A stretch of DNA of 34,384 bases, taken from positions 1-34,384 of the forward strand of contig NYTT01000039.1 of assembly GCA_002683775.1 (NCBI GenBank), given 5' to 3'. The translations under genes were made by a program, and so were the position numbers. This DNA is from Flavobacteriales bacterium. Lineage in GTDB: Bacteria; Bacteroidota; Bacteroidia; Flavobacteriales; BACL11. The notes under the pieces are model-generated. The model was not told the DNA's origin. It saw only the letters and a program-made list of their open reading frames with translations, and ran no database searches. Below are positions 1-8,329 of this stretch, one piece after another. Within the stretch, counting starts at the first letter, position 1, and each line of letters opens with the position of its first letter.

Positions 1-274
1 AGATATAATTGACCTCCGAAAGACATGAAACTTTTAAATAAATTCGCAAGTGAACTGATAAATGAGAAGATACCAAATTCAGAAAGTGACATAAATCTAG
101 CTAACCCATAATTAAACAACCACCTCGAAAGAAAGTTTACGCCATTTGAAATGGTATTAGAAAACAAATATCTAATTACTTTATTATTTAAAATAAATGT
201 TTTCAAGAAAATATATTATTGTCTTTTAACTTTAAAATAATGTTTTGTAGCATTGTATTTAATCACAATTAACA

Positions 275-1258
275 TTAGTTTATTCCTTTGTAGTCTACTA
301 ACTCATCAAAATCTATTACAAAATCTTCTTTTTTATCAGCAAAGAAATCATGGATTTTATTAAAAATTGGTAAATTTTTCTTTTCATCATTACCAATAAT
401 ATCATAAATAATATTAACCGCTCTTAATCCTTCTAAAATTACTGAATTTGATTTATAGTCTGCATTAAAGAATCCTTTACCAATTAATAGTCCAAGAGTC
501 CTATTACGACTTAAATCATTTAATGATGTAAGACATAAATCACCAAAACCACATGCTAAAAACAATGTCGCTTCATCACCACCTGCAATTTTAAGTATCT
601 TCTTTACTTCAACAAAGGCCTTAGATAGTATCATAAATCTAGTGTTTGGAGAATTATATTTAGCATCTACAACACCTATTACTAGTGCATAAATATTCTT
701 CAATACACTTAAAAGCTCAACGCCTCTAATATCGTCAGTATAATCAAGATGAAGTGCTGTTTCTCTTACAATAGAATTGATCAATTCATATTGATTTTGA
801 GTGTCATATCCAAGAGTTAATAAAGTGTCAGCATGCTCCATTACCTCAACAGCAAAAGAAGGGCCTTTAAGTGTAACAATATTCTCAAATCCTATATCAC
901 TTCTTATACTATCTACGATAGTCACGCCATTACTCATCATTCCTTTTGATAAATTAACAAGTAAGACATTATCTTTGAAATTTGCTTTTAATGCTGTTAA
1001 ATTTTCAATAATCACATTAGAAGGCAATGCAATAAAAACGATATCAGCTTTGCTTAAATCATTGATGTTAGTCGTGGCAGTAAGAGATTTGTTAAGTTGT
1101 TTATTTGGAAAACAAATTTTATTAGTATTAAGTGTATTAATTTCCTCGACCTTCTTCGAATTTCTTGAATATAAAAAAACATTATTACCAGGATTAAATG
1201 ATAGTTCGTTAGCAATCGCTGTACCAAAAGTACCTGCACCAAGTATAATAATATTCAT
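275..1258 (-). CDS. NAD(P)H-dependent glycerol-3-phosphate dehydrogenase-like oxidoreductase (GpsA family, divergent)
   Basis: 327-aa ORF. N-terminal Rossmann motif ILGAGTFGTA. GpsA-type blocks KGPSFAVEV, GVELLSVLKNIYA, GFGDLCLTSLNDLSRNRTLG and EGLRAV. Starts 18 nt downstream of the capD-like gene on the same strand. Confidence 0.7.
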   Translation of the reverse strand: MNIIILGAGTFGTAIANELSFNPGNNVFLYSRNSKKVEEINTLNTNKICFPNKQLNKSLTATTNINDLSKADIVFIALPSNVIIENLTALKANFKDNVLLVNLSKGMMSNGVTIVDSIRSDIGFENIVTLKGPSFAVEVMEHADTLLTLGYDTQNQYELINSIVRETALHLDYTDDIRGVELLSVLKNIYALVIGVVDAKYNSPNTRFMILSKAFVEVKKILKIAGGDEATLFLACGFGDLCLTSLNDLSRNRTLGLLIGKGFFNADYKSNSVILEGLRAVNIIYDIIGNDEKKNLPIFNKIHDFFADKKEDFVIDFDELVDYKGIN

Positions 1259-1276
1259 AAAACAAAAGTAGTATGT

Positions 1277-3130
1277 TTAACCTAACTCTGTTGTAAAACC
1301 GTCGATATGTTTCAACAATAACTCTTTAACAACCTTTTCATCTTGTGTTTCACGCGCTTTTTTTATTGCATTTACACAACTCAATATTGTATCAAACGAA
1401 ATTTTATTTTCTTTAGCTTGCATAATTCTAGGATGTTCAGATTGTGTAACTTCAGTTCCAATAAGAAGTTCTTCGTAGAGCTTTTCTCCTGGCCGTAAAC
1501 CGGAAAATTCAATTCGTATATCTCCATCAGGATTTTCATTATCAATAGGTGTAAGTCCACTAAGATGAATCATCTTATATGCCAAATCAATTATCTTAAT
1601 AGGTTCGCCCATATCTAAAACAAAAACCTCCCCCCCTTTGGCCATTGATCCAGATTGCAAAACAAGTTCAACAGCTTCAGGAATTGACATAAAATATCTA
1701 GTAATATTCCTATGCGTTACAGTAACGGGACCTCCACTCTTTATTTGCTTTCTAAAAAGGGGGACAACAGAACCAGCTGATTCTAAAACATTACCAAAAC
1801 GAACCATAGAAAAGCAACATTTACTTCTTTCTGAATAAGCTTGTAGTATTAATTCTGAAAGTCGTTTTGAAGCACCCATTACATTAGTAGGTCTAACAGC
1901 TTTATCTGTAGATACTAGAACCATATTCTCAACTTTTAACTCATCACAAATTCTCGCAATATTATATGTGCCAATTACATTATTATGTGTTCCTGAAACT
2001 ACATTCATTTCAACCATTGGAACATGTTTATAAGCTGCAGCGTGATAAATAGTGTGAATATTATTAGAATTAATAATTTGCTTTAATTGGTAATAATTAG
2101 TTGTTGTACATAAAGAAGGTATAATCTGTATATCATTCGCTTTTGAAGAAAGCTCAAGATGAATATTATATAGATTAAACTCTGAATTATCTAATAAAAT
2201 CAACTTATTTGGATTTAATTTAAAAATCTGTCTGGCAAGTTCAGATCCAATACTACCACCTGCACCTGTAATTAAAATATTCTTTCGAGATATGTTCTTT
2301 TCAAGTAAGTCTTTTTTAGGAATTACAGGTTTTCTTCCTAAAATATCACTTACATCCACATGCTTTATATTATCAATTAGAAGATTCCCATTTACAATAT
2401 TATTTATTGAAGGTAATAATTTAACTTCTATAGGAAACTTTGTTAATCGCTTTAAAATATCAGCTCTTTGTATATCGCTAGCTGAAGGAACAGCAAAAAG
2501 TAAAACTTTTGCATCCTTATTTTTTATTAGTGAGTCAATCTGATTAACTGGAAAAACTTCAAGGTAGTTTAATATTGTGCCTTGCTTATTTTTATCATCA
2601 TCAATAAAGGCAATTGGATGAAATGAATCACTTTTTCTCAAACTTTCCTCTAATTGTACTCCAGCATCACCCGCTCCATATATTATAGTATTTTTTCTTA
2701 AATTCTCAAAGCTCTCCCAAGAATAAAGAAATCCTTTAAAAACGAATCTACTAGAAATAGCAGTGAAATTGATAATAAACCAAAAAATTGGTAGTACTGA
2801 TCTTGGCATATTTGACTCTCTAAAAAACATCATAAAGAATCCAATTATTAAACAACTAATTGTAGTAGCATTAAAAGTCGTATAAATAACTTTTATACCA
2901 ATATATTGTAAAACAGATCTATACATACCAAACCTAATAAACAATAGTATCATTATAATTGGTGTTAACACAAAAACCCACCATGATGGCAATAGATATT
3001 CTACAGGAAATGGTTCTCCTAGCCTTAAAATAAATGCAAAATATAAAGAAAATAATATCATAAATAAATCAATAAATGACATTATAATTTGCTTATAAAC
3101 TCTTTGTAAGTTCTGTAATCTAAGCTTCAT
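1277..3130 (-). CDS. Membrane-anchored polysaccharide biosynthesis protein, CapD/PglF/EpsC-type UDP-HexNAc 4,6-dehydratase
   Basis: 617 aa. About 4 N-terminal TM helices, then two Rossmann regions (IIYGAGDAG and ILITGAGGSIGSEL). SDR catalytic context YHAAAYKHVP and VLVSTDKAVRPTNVMGASKR, typical of CapD/WbpM/PglF. Overlaps the upstream aminotransferase gene by 11 nt. Confidence 0.85.
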   Translation of the reverse strand: MKLRLQNLQRVYKQIIMSFIDLFMILFSLYFAFILRLGEPFPVEYLLPSWWVFVLTPIIMILLFIRFGMYRSVLQYIGIKVIYTTFNATTISCLIIGFFMMFFRESNMPRSVLPIFWFIINFTAISSRFVFKGFLYSWESFENLRKNTIIYGAGDAGVQLEESLRKSDSFHPIAFIDDDKNKQGTILNYLEVFPVNQIDSLIKNKDAKVLLFAVPSASDIQRADILKRLTKFPIEVKLLPSINNIVNGNLLIDNIKHVDVSDILGRKPVIPKKDLLEKNISRKNILITGAGGSIGSELARQIFKLNPNKLILLDNSEFNLYNIHLELSSKANDIQIIPSLCTTTNYYQLKQIINSNNIHTIYHAAAYKHVPMVEMNVVSGTHNNVIGTYNIARICDELKVENMVLVSTDKAVRPTNVMGASKRLSELILQAYSERSKCCFSMVRFGNVLESAGSVVPLFRKQIKSGGPVTVTHRNITRYFMSIPEAVELVLQSGSMAKGGEVFVLDMGEPIKIIDLAYKMIHLSGLTPIDNENPDGDIRIEFSGLRPGEKLYEELLIGTEVTQSEHPRIMQAKENKISFDTILSCVNAIKKARETQDEKVVKELLLKHIDGFTTELG

Positions 3131-4253
3131 ATGTATCTCTTATAGTATTAACAACTCTTTCTAAATCTTGATGACTCATGTTAGTTCCTGATGGTAAACA
3201 GATTCCTCTGTTAAATAAATCCTCAGAAACTCCGTTTGTATATGATAAACAATCAGAAAAAACAGGCTGCATATGCATTGGTTTCCATAGTGGTCTACAT
3301 TCAATATTATTCTTCAGCATATATGAACGTATAGTATTAATATCTATTGTGCTATTTCTATCTAAAAGTATTGTAGTAAGCCAGTAGTTAGAGAAACATT
3401 TACCTTTTTCTTCAAGGAAAGTAATATCTGAAATATCTGAAAGTGAATTTTTATAAAAATTAAATATTTCTCTTTTGCGCTCAACACGATGAGACAACAC
3501 ATCCAACTGTCCTAAACCTATTGCGGCACAAACATTGCTTATTCTATAATTATAACCTATTACAGAGTGTTGATAATGAATAACATCATCTCTAGCTTGT
3601 GTAGCTAAAAATTTAGCTCTATCTATTAGCTTTTTATTGTTAGAAACTAATGCGCCTCCAGATGAAGTAGTTATAATTTTATTTCCATTAAATGAATATA
3701 TACCAAAATCTGAGAAGGTTCCTAAAGGTTGATTGTCGTATTTAGAACCTAAAGCTTCTGCGGCATCTTCAATAATTGGTATTTGAAACATTTTTGCGAT
3801 TTCAGTAATTTCATTCATCTTAGCTGGCATACCGTATAGGTGAACCAAAATAATAGCTTTAGGTTTTTTTCCCTTATTTATTTCACTTTGAATTGCTTGT
3901 AAAAGCAAATCAGGACACATATTCCAACTTTCTCTTTCGCTATCAACAAAGATAGGATTCGCTCCCAAATATTTTATTGGATTTGCTGATGCTGAGAAAG
4001 TGAATGTGGAGCATATAACACTGTCATTAGTATTAATGCCTAATAAAATTAATGCTAAATGAATAGCTGCTGTACCACTACTTAATGATGCTACACTATG
4101 ATTTAAAGATAATTCAGATAATCTAGCCTCAAATCTATCAATATGTGGACCTGCTGGTGCAATCCAATTTGAGTCAAAAGCTTCATCTACATATTTTCTA
4201 GATTCAACACTAATATGTGGTGAAGAAAGCCATATTTTTTTCTTATTACTCAA
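3120..4253 (-). CDS. DegT/DnrJ/EryC1/StrS-family PLP-dependent sugar aminotransferase (PglE/EpsN-like)
   Basis: 377 aa. Motifs SSGTAAIHLAL, IIEDAAEALGS and the Schiff-base lysine context YSFNGNKIITTSSGGAL. Sits between the PglC-like transferase and the CapD-like dehydratase. Confidence 0.85.
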   Translation of the reverse strand: MSNKKKIWLSSPHISVESRKYVDEAFDSNWIAPAGPHIDRFEARLSELSLNHSVASLSSGTAAIHLALILLGINTNDSVICSTFTFSASANPIKYLGANPIFVDSERESWNMCPDLLLQAIQSEINKGKKPKAIILVHLYGMPAKMNEITEIAKMFQIPIIEDAAEALGSKYDNQPLGTFSDFGIYSFNGNKIITTSSGGALVSNNKKLIDRAKFLATQARDDVIHYQHSVIGYNYRISNVCAAIGLGQLDVLSHRVERKREIFNFYKNSLSDISDITFLEEKGKCFSNYWLTTILLDRNSTIDINTIRSYMLKNNIECRPLWKPMHMQPVFSDCLSYTNGVSEDLFNRGICLPSGTNMSHQDLERVVNTIRDTYEA

Positions 4254-4834
4254 TTTGAAATTCTAAAAATTGTAGCAAATATAATCTTAAAGTCAATCCA
4301 AATACTGTTATTATAAAAATAATCTAAGTTAATTCTAACTTTTTCTGGGTATATTACATTGTCATTATAAAATTTAGGATTTTTTTGTTGTGATAGCAAT
4401 AACTCTTCGTTAATAAATTTGATGCTTGCTGGACCAGTTATCCCAGGTCTTAATTTTAAAATTTTTCTATGATCTCCCTTAAGTTTATCTGCATATCCTT
4501 TAACATCTGGCCTAGGCCCTACAAAACTCATATCTCCAAATAAAACATTTATCAACTCAGGTAGTTCATCAATCTTGTATTTTCTTAGAAAATAACCAAG
4601 CTTAGTAATTCTAGAATCTCCTTTTACAGATATAGTATTATTATTATTATGATCTTCATACATTGTTCTAAATTTTATCATTTTAAATAAAATTCCATTT
4701 TTACCTACTCTTTCTTGAACAAACAATATACTTCCATCCGAACTAATCTTAACCAATATTGAAATAAATAATAAAAAAGGTGAAAGAAGAATCAGGGCAG
4801 TAAAAGACATAATAAAATCAATTAATCTTTTCAC
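4250..4834 (-). CDS. Small monotopic phosphoglycosyl transferase (bacterial sugar transferase family, PglC/EpsL/WcfS-like initiating enzyme)
   Basis: 194 aa. N-terminal re-entrant hydrophobic helix (KRLIDFIMSFTALILLSPFLLFISILVKI). Motifs QERVGKNGILFKMIKFRTM, DELPELINVLFGDMSFVGPRP and RPGITGPA. 4-nt overlaps with both neighbouring genes. Confidence 0.85.
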   Translation of the reverse strand: MKRLIDFIMSFTALILLSPFLLFISILVKISSDGSILFVQERVGKNGILFKMIKFRTMYEDHNNNNTISVKGDSRITKLGYFLRKYKIDELPELINVLFGDMSFVGPRPDVKGYADKLKGDHRKILKLRPGITGPASIKFINEELLLSQQKNPKFYNDNVIYPEKVRINLDYFYNNSIWIDFKIIFATIFRISN

Positions 4835-5583
4835 TTAATTCTCTTTTTTAGTGCGTTAATAGCATAATTAACAAAGCAAAATAAACTATACAATAAAGAT
4901 AAATTTTCTATGTCTCTGTAAACTCTCCATACATCTGCTGCAGCATGTAACTTATTTGAAGTGTTTGATGTTGAAACAATTCTGTAGTTAGCATAAGAAG
5001 TTTGTAAACCATATGCATTGTATCCTCTTTTCATAATCTCTAACCAAAGAGCCATATCATGAGAGGATTTTATTTTTGGGAACTGAAAACTACCAGTTAT
5101 CTTTCTATTTATTACGACAGTAAGACACCCAATAATTGTATTTTTTAAATAGGAATTATACGAAATCTCCTTTGGCGCTCTAACTACATTGTTAGTTATA
5201 TCTCCAGATTGTGAAGTAATTGTATAAGATGTAAAAGAAAATGCAATATTTTTTTTTGTCATAAAGTTAATCTGTCTCTCCAATTTTAGAGGTTCCCAAA
5301 AGTCATCAGCGTCCAAAAATGCAATAAAGCTTCCATTAGCATCTTCTAAAGCAATATTTCTAGCTACTGCGGCTCCATGATTTTCTTCAAGCTTAATTAT
5401 TCTAATTCTAGAATCAATATCAGACAATAACATGATTTTTTCCAAAGATGCATCTGAGGAGCAATCGTCGACGATTATCATTTCCCATTTATTATAACTT
5501 TGAGCAATAACTGAATTAACACAATCTTCAATGTACTGCTCTGAATTATAGCATGGCGTTATTATAGAGACTAAATTATCCAA
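4831..5583 (-). CDS. Family 2 glycosyltransferase (GT-A fold)
   Basis: 250 aa. VSIITPCYNSEQYIEDCVNSVIAQSY, IIVDDCSSD and FLDADDFW (DxD) motifs. Confidence 0.85.
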   Translation of the reverse strand: MDNLVSIITPCYNSEQYIEDCVNSVIAQSYNKWEMIIVDDCSSDASLEKIMLLSDIDSRIRIIKLEENHGAAVARNIALEDANGSFIAFLDADDFWEPLKLERQINFMTKKNIAFSFTSYTITSQSGDITNNVVRAPKEISYNSYLKNTIIGCLTVVINRKITGSFQFPKIKSSHDMALWLEIMKRGYNAYGLQTSYANYRIVSTSNTSNKLHAAADVWRVYRDIENLSLLYSLFCFVNYAINALKKRIK

Positions 5584-6397
5584 TATTATTTTTTTTATGA
5601 TACTCTTCTTGCTTTAAAACTACTCCTATTTTTTTAATAAACTTAATTCTACTCTTAGCAAAGAATGTCCGCAGAGGATATAATAAGTAAATGACTAGCT
5701 TGATAAAAGGATGGTATTCAATATGCAATTTACAATAAGCTTTTCTAAATCGAAATTTATCAATAAGGAACGATTGTACATTTGTTTCATGCAAGATGCT
5801 TCTTGTACCCTCGTTTACATAAGATAGATTCAAGTTATTAAGGTAATAATTATTCATAGTATAATAAAGAACATAGCTTGGATATTTTTTAAGATAATCT
5901 ACATGAAATTTAATAGTTGAATAATAGCATTGATTATTAACAACTTTATTTTGACTATATGCAACTAAAACATTATTTTTTTTATCAAATACTCCCCAAA
6001 ACTCCCAAGATTTTTCAAGAGAATTAATAAAGTGAATAAACTGATCTCGTGACATTGGACTATTAATTGTCTTATATCTTTTAAAAGCAGCTTCATACAC
6101 ATTAAAGCCACTCTCAATTAATATCTTTTTATTAATCATCTTAACTTCAAATGATTTAAATCCTCTTCTGATTTTACTTCTTGTATTTACACTGTAATCT
6201 TCAAGCTTAAGAGCTTTATCATTTATTAAATACCAGAAATTAGATTCTTTCTTTTTGTCGAAATCAGAAACCCATCTTGCAAAGTAAGCTCGCTCTTGAA
6301 TAATTTTTTCTTTAATCAGCACTAAATCCGTATCAATTTTAAGATGAGGGGGGACTTCAGGAATTAAGGCTCCATTATATTTCTTCCAAATATTCAA
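5576..6397 (-). CDS. Putative FemAB/GNAT-fold (Acetyltransf_6-like) acyl- or aminoacyl-transferase
   Basis: 273 aa. By eye it resembles the FemABX/BioF2-like acetyltransferase pattern: a basic TRSKIRRGFKSFEV block, then AYSQNKVVNNQCYYSTIKF...KKYPSYVLYYTMNNYYL...LSYVNEGTRS, analogous to the Y.Y.G...p.y.L.w..i...G...fdfGG core. Not verified by a search. Confidence 0.4.
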   Translation of the reverse strand: MNIWKKYNGALIPEVPPHLKIDTDLVLIKEKIIQERAYFARWVSDFDKKKESNFWYLINDKALKLEDYSVNTRSKIRRGFKSFEVKMINKKILIESGFNVYEAAFKRYKTINSPMSRDQFIHFINSLEKSWEFWGVFDKKNNVLVAYSQNKVVNNQCYYSTIKFHVDYLKKYPSYVLYYTMNNYYLNNLNLSYVNEGTRSILHETNVQSFLIDKFRFRKAYCKLHIEYHPFIKLVIYLLYPLRTFFAKSRIKFIKKIGVVLKQEEYHKKNNIG

Positions 6398-6399
6398 GG

Positions 6400-7140
6400 T
6401 TAATATATTTTATGAAGTATGTAAGTATAGAGATCAAATTGAAGGTCTCGAATCTTATATTTAAACGTATCTATCTTGCCTAAACTCTTTCGTACATTTG
6501 ACACGTTTAATCCTAAAGATTGTAATTTATTTTTTGCTAATGGATTCCATACTCCTTTAACAACACCATTAACAAATGGAATTATATTTTTTCGAGTTGA
6601 ATAAAAATCATCAAAAACAAACGACCTATAATTACCTTTTCTCTCAAACTCCCAAGCACTCTCATCTTTTATTAATAAATTAAGTAAAATCTCCTTCTTC
6701 CAAAACGACCAAATAGTAGAATTCTTATAAACAGTTTTATTATTTTTCTTAAAAAAAAGATTACTTACCCTTTTGCCTTTTGAAATTGACCTGTAAAACT
6801 GTAAGTAATTAAAGTCATTATCAATGGAATATCGCATCATTTCTTCAATAACTTTATTATCAACTTTTGCAGTTAAAAATAAATCATCAAAAGTCAATAA
6901 TATATAATCTTGATTAATTTTAAGTAAGCTTTTAATTAGGTTATCAGACCAAGATATTTCATTTCCAATCTGCAAAGAATTGAACATTACTCCATTAAAT
7001 TTTTTGTGGTTAGTACTTAGGTAAACAGGCAGTTTTAAATCCTTCCAGAATTTTAAATACGTTTGCTCTAAAGTGGACCATAAATCTTCTGAATCATCAA
7101 AGGTTGATATTAATACAGCAATATTATTCATGACTTGCAA
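6400..7140 (-). CDS. Hypothetical protein of the polysaccharide locus (possible GT-A-like transferase)
   Basis: 246-aa ORF with no TM segment. N-terminal IAVLISTFDDSEDLW and a central ILLTFDDLFL (DD motif after a beta-strand-like stretch). I cannot place it in a family. Confidence 0.3.
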   Translation of the reverse strand: MQVMNNIAVLISTFDDSEDLWSTLEQTYLKFWKDLKLPVYLSTNHKKFNGVMFNSLQIGNEISWSDNLIKSLLKINQDYILLTFDDLFLTAKVDNKVIEEMMRYSIDNDFNYLQFYRSISKGKRVSNLFFKKNNKTVYKNSTIWSFWKKEILLNLLIKDESAWEFERKGNYRSFVFDDFYSTRKNIIPFVNGVVKGVWNPLAKNKLQSLGLNVSNVRKSLGKIDTFKYKIRDLQFDLYTYILHKIY

Positions 7141-8329
7141 TTAAAGGTTTATGTATAACAATAAATGAAATAATTACAAATAATAATCTAGAATCATTTA
7201 ACATACCACTAACCAAAGAATTAAAAAAATAGAAAAGAAATAAATAAAATAAAAGTGGATACAAAGAAGATTCATCTTTTTTAAATTTTATCATTTTACT
7301 ATAACTCATATAAGTTATATATATTATCAACAGAATGAAAAGGAGCATAGTATGTATTCCATATTCACACGCTATTTCTAAAAGTAGATTGTGTGGATAT
7401 TCTAATGGCATTAAATGAGTTGGATTTAGCTTATTAGCAATAACCTGCCAATTACCTGCTCCAACGCCAAGAGGATAGTTTTGCATCACTAATAGGGCTC
7501 CTACCGCTAAATTTGAACGAGTACTAGTTGATTGCTTACTCCCTCCTTTTTTAGCTATATTCATAAAAACTCTTTTAGAGTTTCCAAGTTTAGAAATCTT
7601 TTTATCCATTCCAGTAATTAAGATTGTGGATATTAAAAAAGCAATAACAATTGTGATCTTTAATATAATTCTGTTGAAATTAAGTATGACAAAAATAAAA
7701 CCTGTAATAAATAGTCCTAAAATTGGACCTCGACTACCAGTTGCTAAAGCAAGTATAAAGAAAATAGTTATTAGTGGAAACTTATAGATTTTAGCAATAT
7801 TCTTTGGCAGAAAGAGTAACGTAATGATAGCAAAACCCATCCATCTTGCAAAAACAATTGGCCCTCCTCCTAAGGCAGTCATTCTGCCATCAGCTCTAAC
7901 ATCAGTTGACAAGCCGAATACAGCTAAAATTGCTAAAAAAATCGATACGCCTAATAAAATATAAAATGTTCTTAACACACTTTTTTGATTGTACTTTTCT
8001 GCAAAAATAATAGAGAGTGGAATTACTATTAGCCAAAAATTAACTGCTTTTTCTATACTATATGATGAAATATCAAAAATCATCCAAAGAGTTGGTGTCA
8101 TTATTACAGCAAGCAAGTAAAAGAAATAGAAAATTAATTTAGTTTTAGTGAGTATAATTTTTTTGATTGAGAAAAACATAATTATAGCAGAAAAAAGATA
8201 AACAACACTAAAAATGATACCAAAATTAAAATCTTGAAATTCAAGCCTTTCATCATATACTCTTCCAATTGCTAGCATAGCGCATGAAGAAAATAGAAAT
8301 ATCCAATTATATAATGACTTAACGAACAA
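7124..8329 (-). CDS. Wzy-type O-antigen/capsule repeat-unit polymerase (O-antigen ligase-like family) integral membrane protein
   Basis: 401 aa with about 10 or more TM helices. LATGSRGPILGLFITGFIF segment typical of the Wzy_C/O-antigen ligase domain, followed by a periplasmic loop. Confidence 0.7.
   Translation of the reverse strand: MFVKSLYNWIFLFSSCAMLAIGRVYDERLEFQDFNFGIIFSVVYLFSAIIMFFSIKKIILTKTKLIFYFFYLLAVIMTPTLWMIFDISSYSIEKAVNFWLIVIPLSIIFAEKYNQKSVLRTFYILLGVSIFLAILAVFGLSTDVRADGRMTALGGGPIVFARWMGFAIITLLFLPKNIAKIYKFPLITIFFILALATGSRGPILGLFITGFIFVILNFNRIILKITIVIAFLISTILITGMDKKISKLGNSKRVFMNIAKKGGSKQSTSTRSNLAVGALLVMQNYPLGVGAGNWQVIANKLNPTHLMPLEYPHNLLLEIACEYGIHTMLLFILLIIYITYMSYSKMIKFKKDESSLYPLLFYLFLFYFFNSLVSGMLNDSRLLFVIISFIVIHKPLIASHE

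Noticed and set aside
24-111. A 28-codon plus-strand ORF (ATG at 25, TAA at 109-111), and a possible minus-strand gene start (CAT at 24-26, reading MSFGGQLY... out of the window).
   Set aside because: Both are too short, or too truncated by the window edge, to support any call.
187-246. Imperfect direct repeat TTTAAAATAAATGTTTT (187-203) / TTTAAAATAATGTTTT (231-246) downstream of the GpsA-like gene.
   Set aside because: Low-complexity A/T sequence with an indel, in a 274-nt AT-rich spacer. It is easily produced by composition alone and nothing implicates a function.
801-1271. 156-aa plus-strand ORF antisense to the GpsA-like gene (also 1054-1242, 1638-1838, 2292-2543 and 3178-3387).
   Set aside because: These lie entirely inside well-supported genes on the opposite strand. 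The translations are low-complexity (S, L, I, F, K rich) with no recognisable motifs. They are typical shadow ORFs.
4636-4650. (TAT)5 trinucleotide repeat encoding an Asn run in the initiating sugar transferase.
   Set aside because: It is only 15 nt and in frame, so slippage would add or remove one Asn in a loop. This is a compositional effect.
5249-5257. A9/T9 homopolymer in the GT2 gene (codons KKN). Similar tracts are A9 at 27064-27072 and T9 at 27091-27099 in the desaturase gene, and T8 tracts at 5589-5596 and 5976-5983. These could be slipped-strand phase-variation sites.
   Set aside because: Lys/Phe/Asn codon runs generate A/T tracts of 8-9 throughout this AT-rich window, including in housekeeping genes. 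There is no evidence of length heterogeneity from a single sequence.
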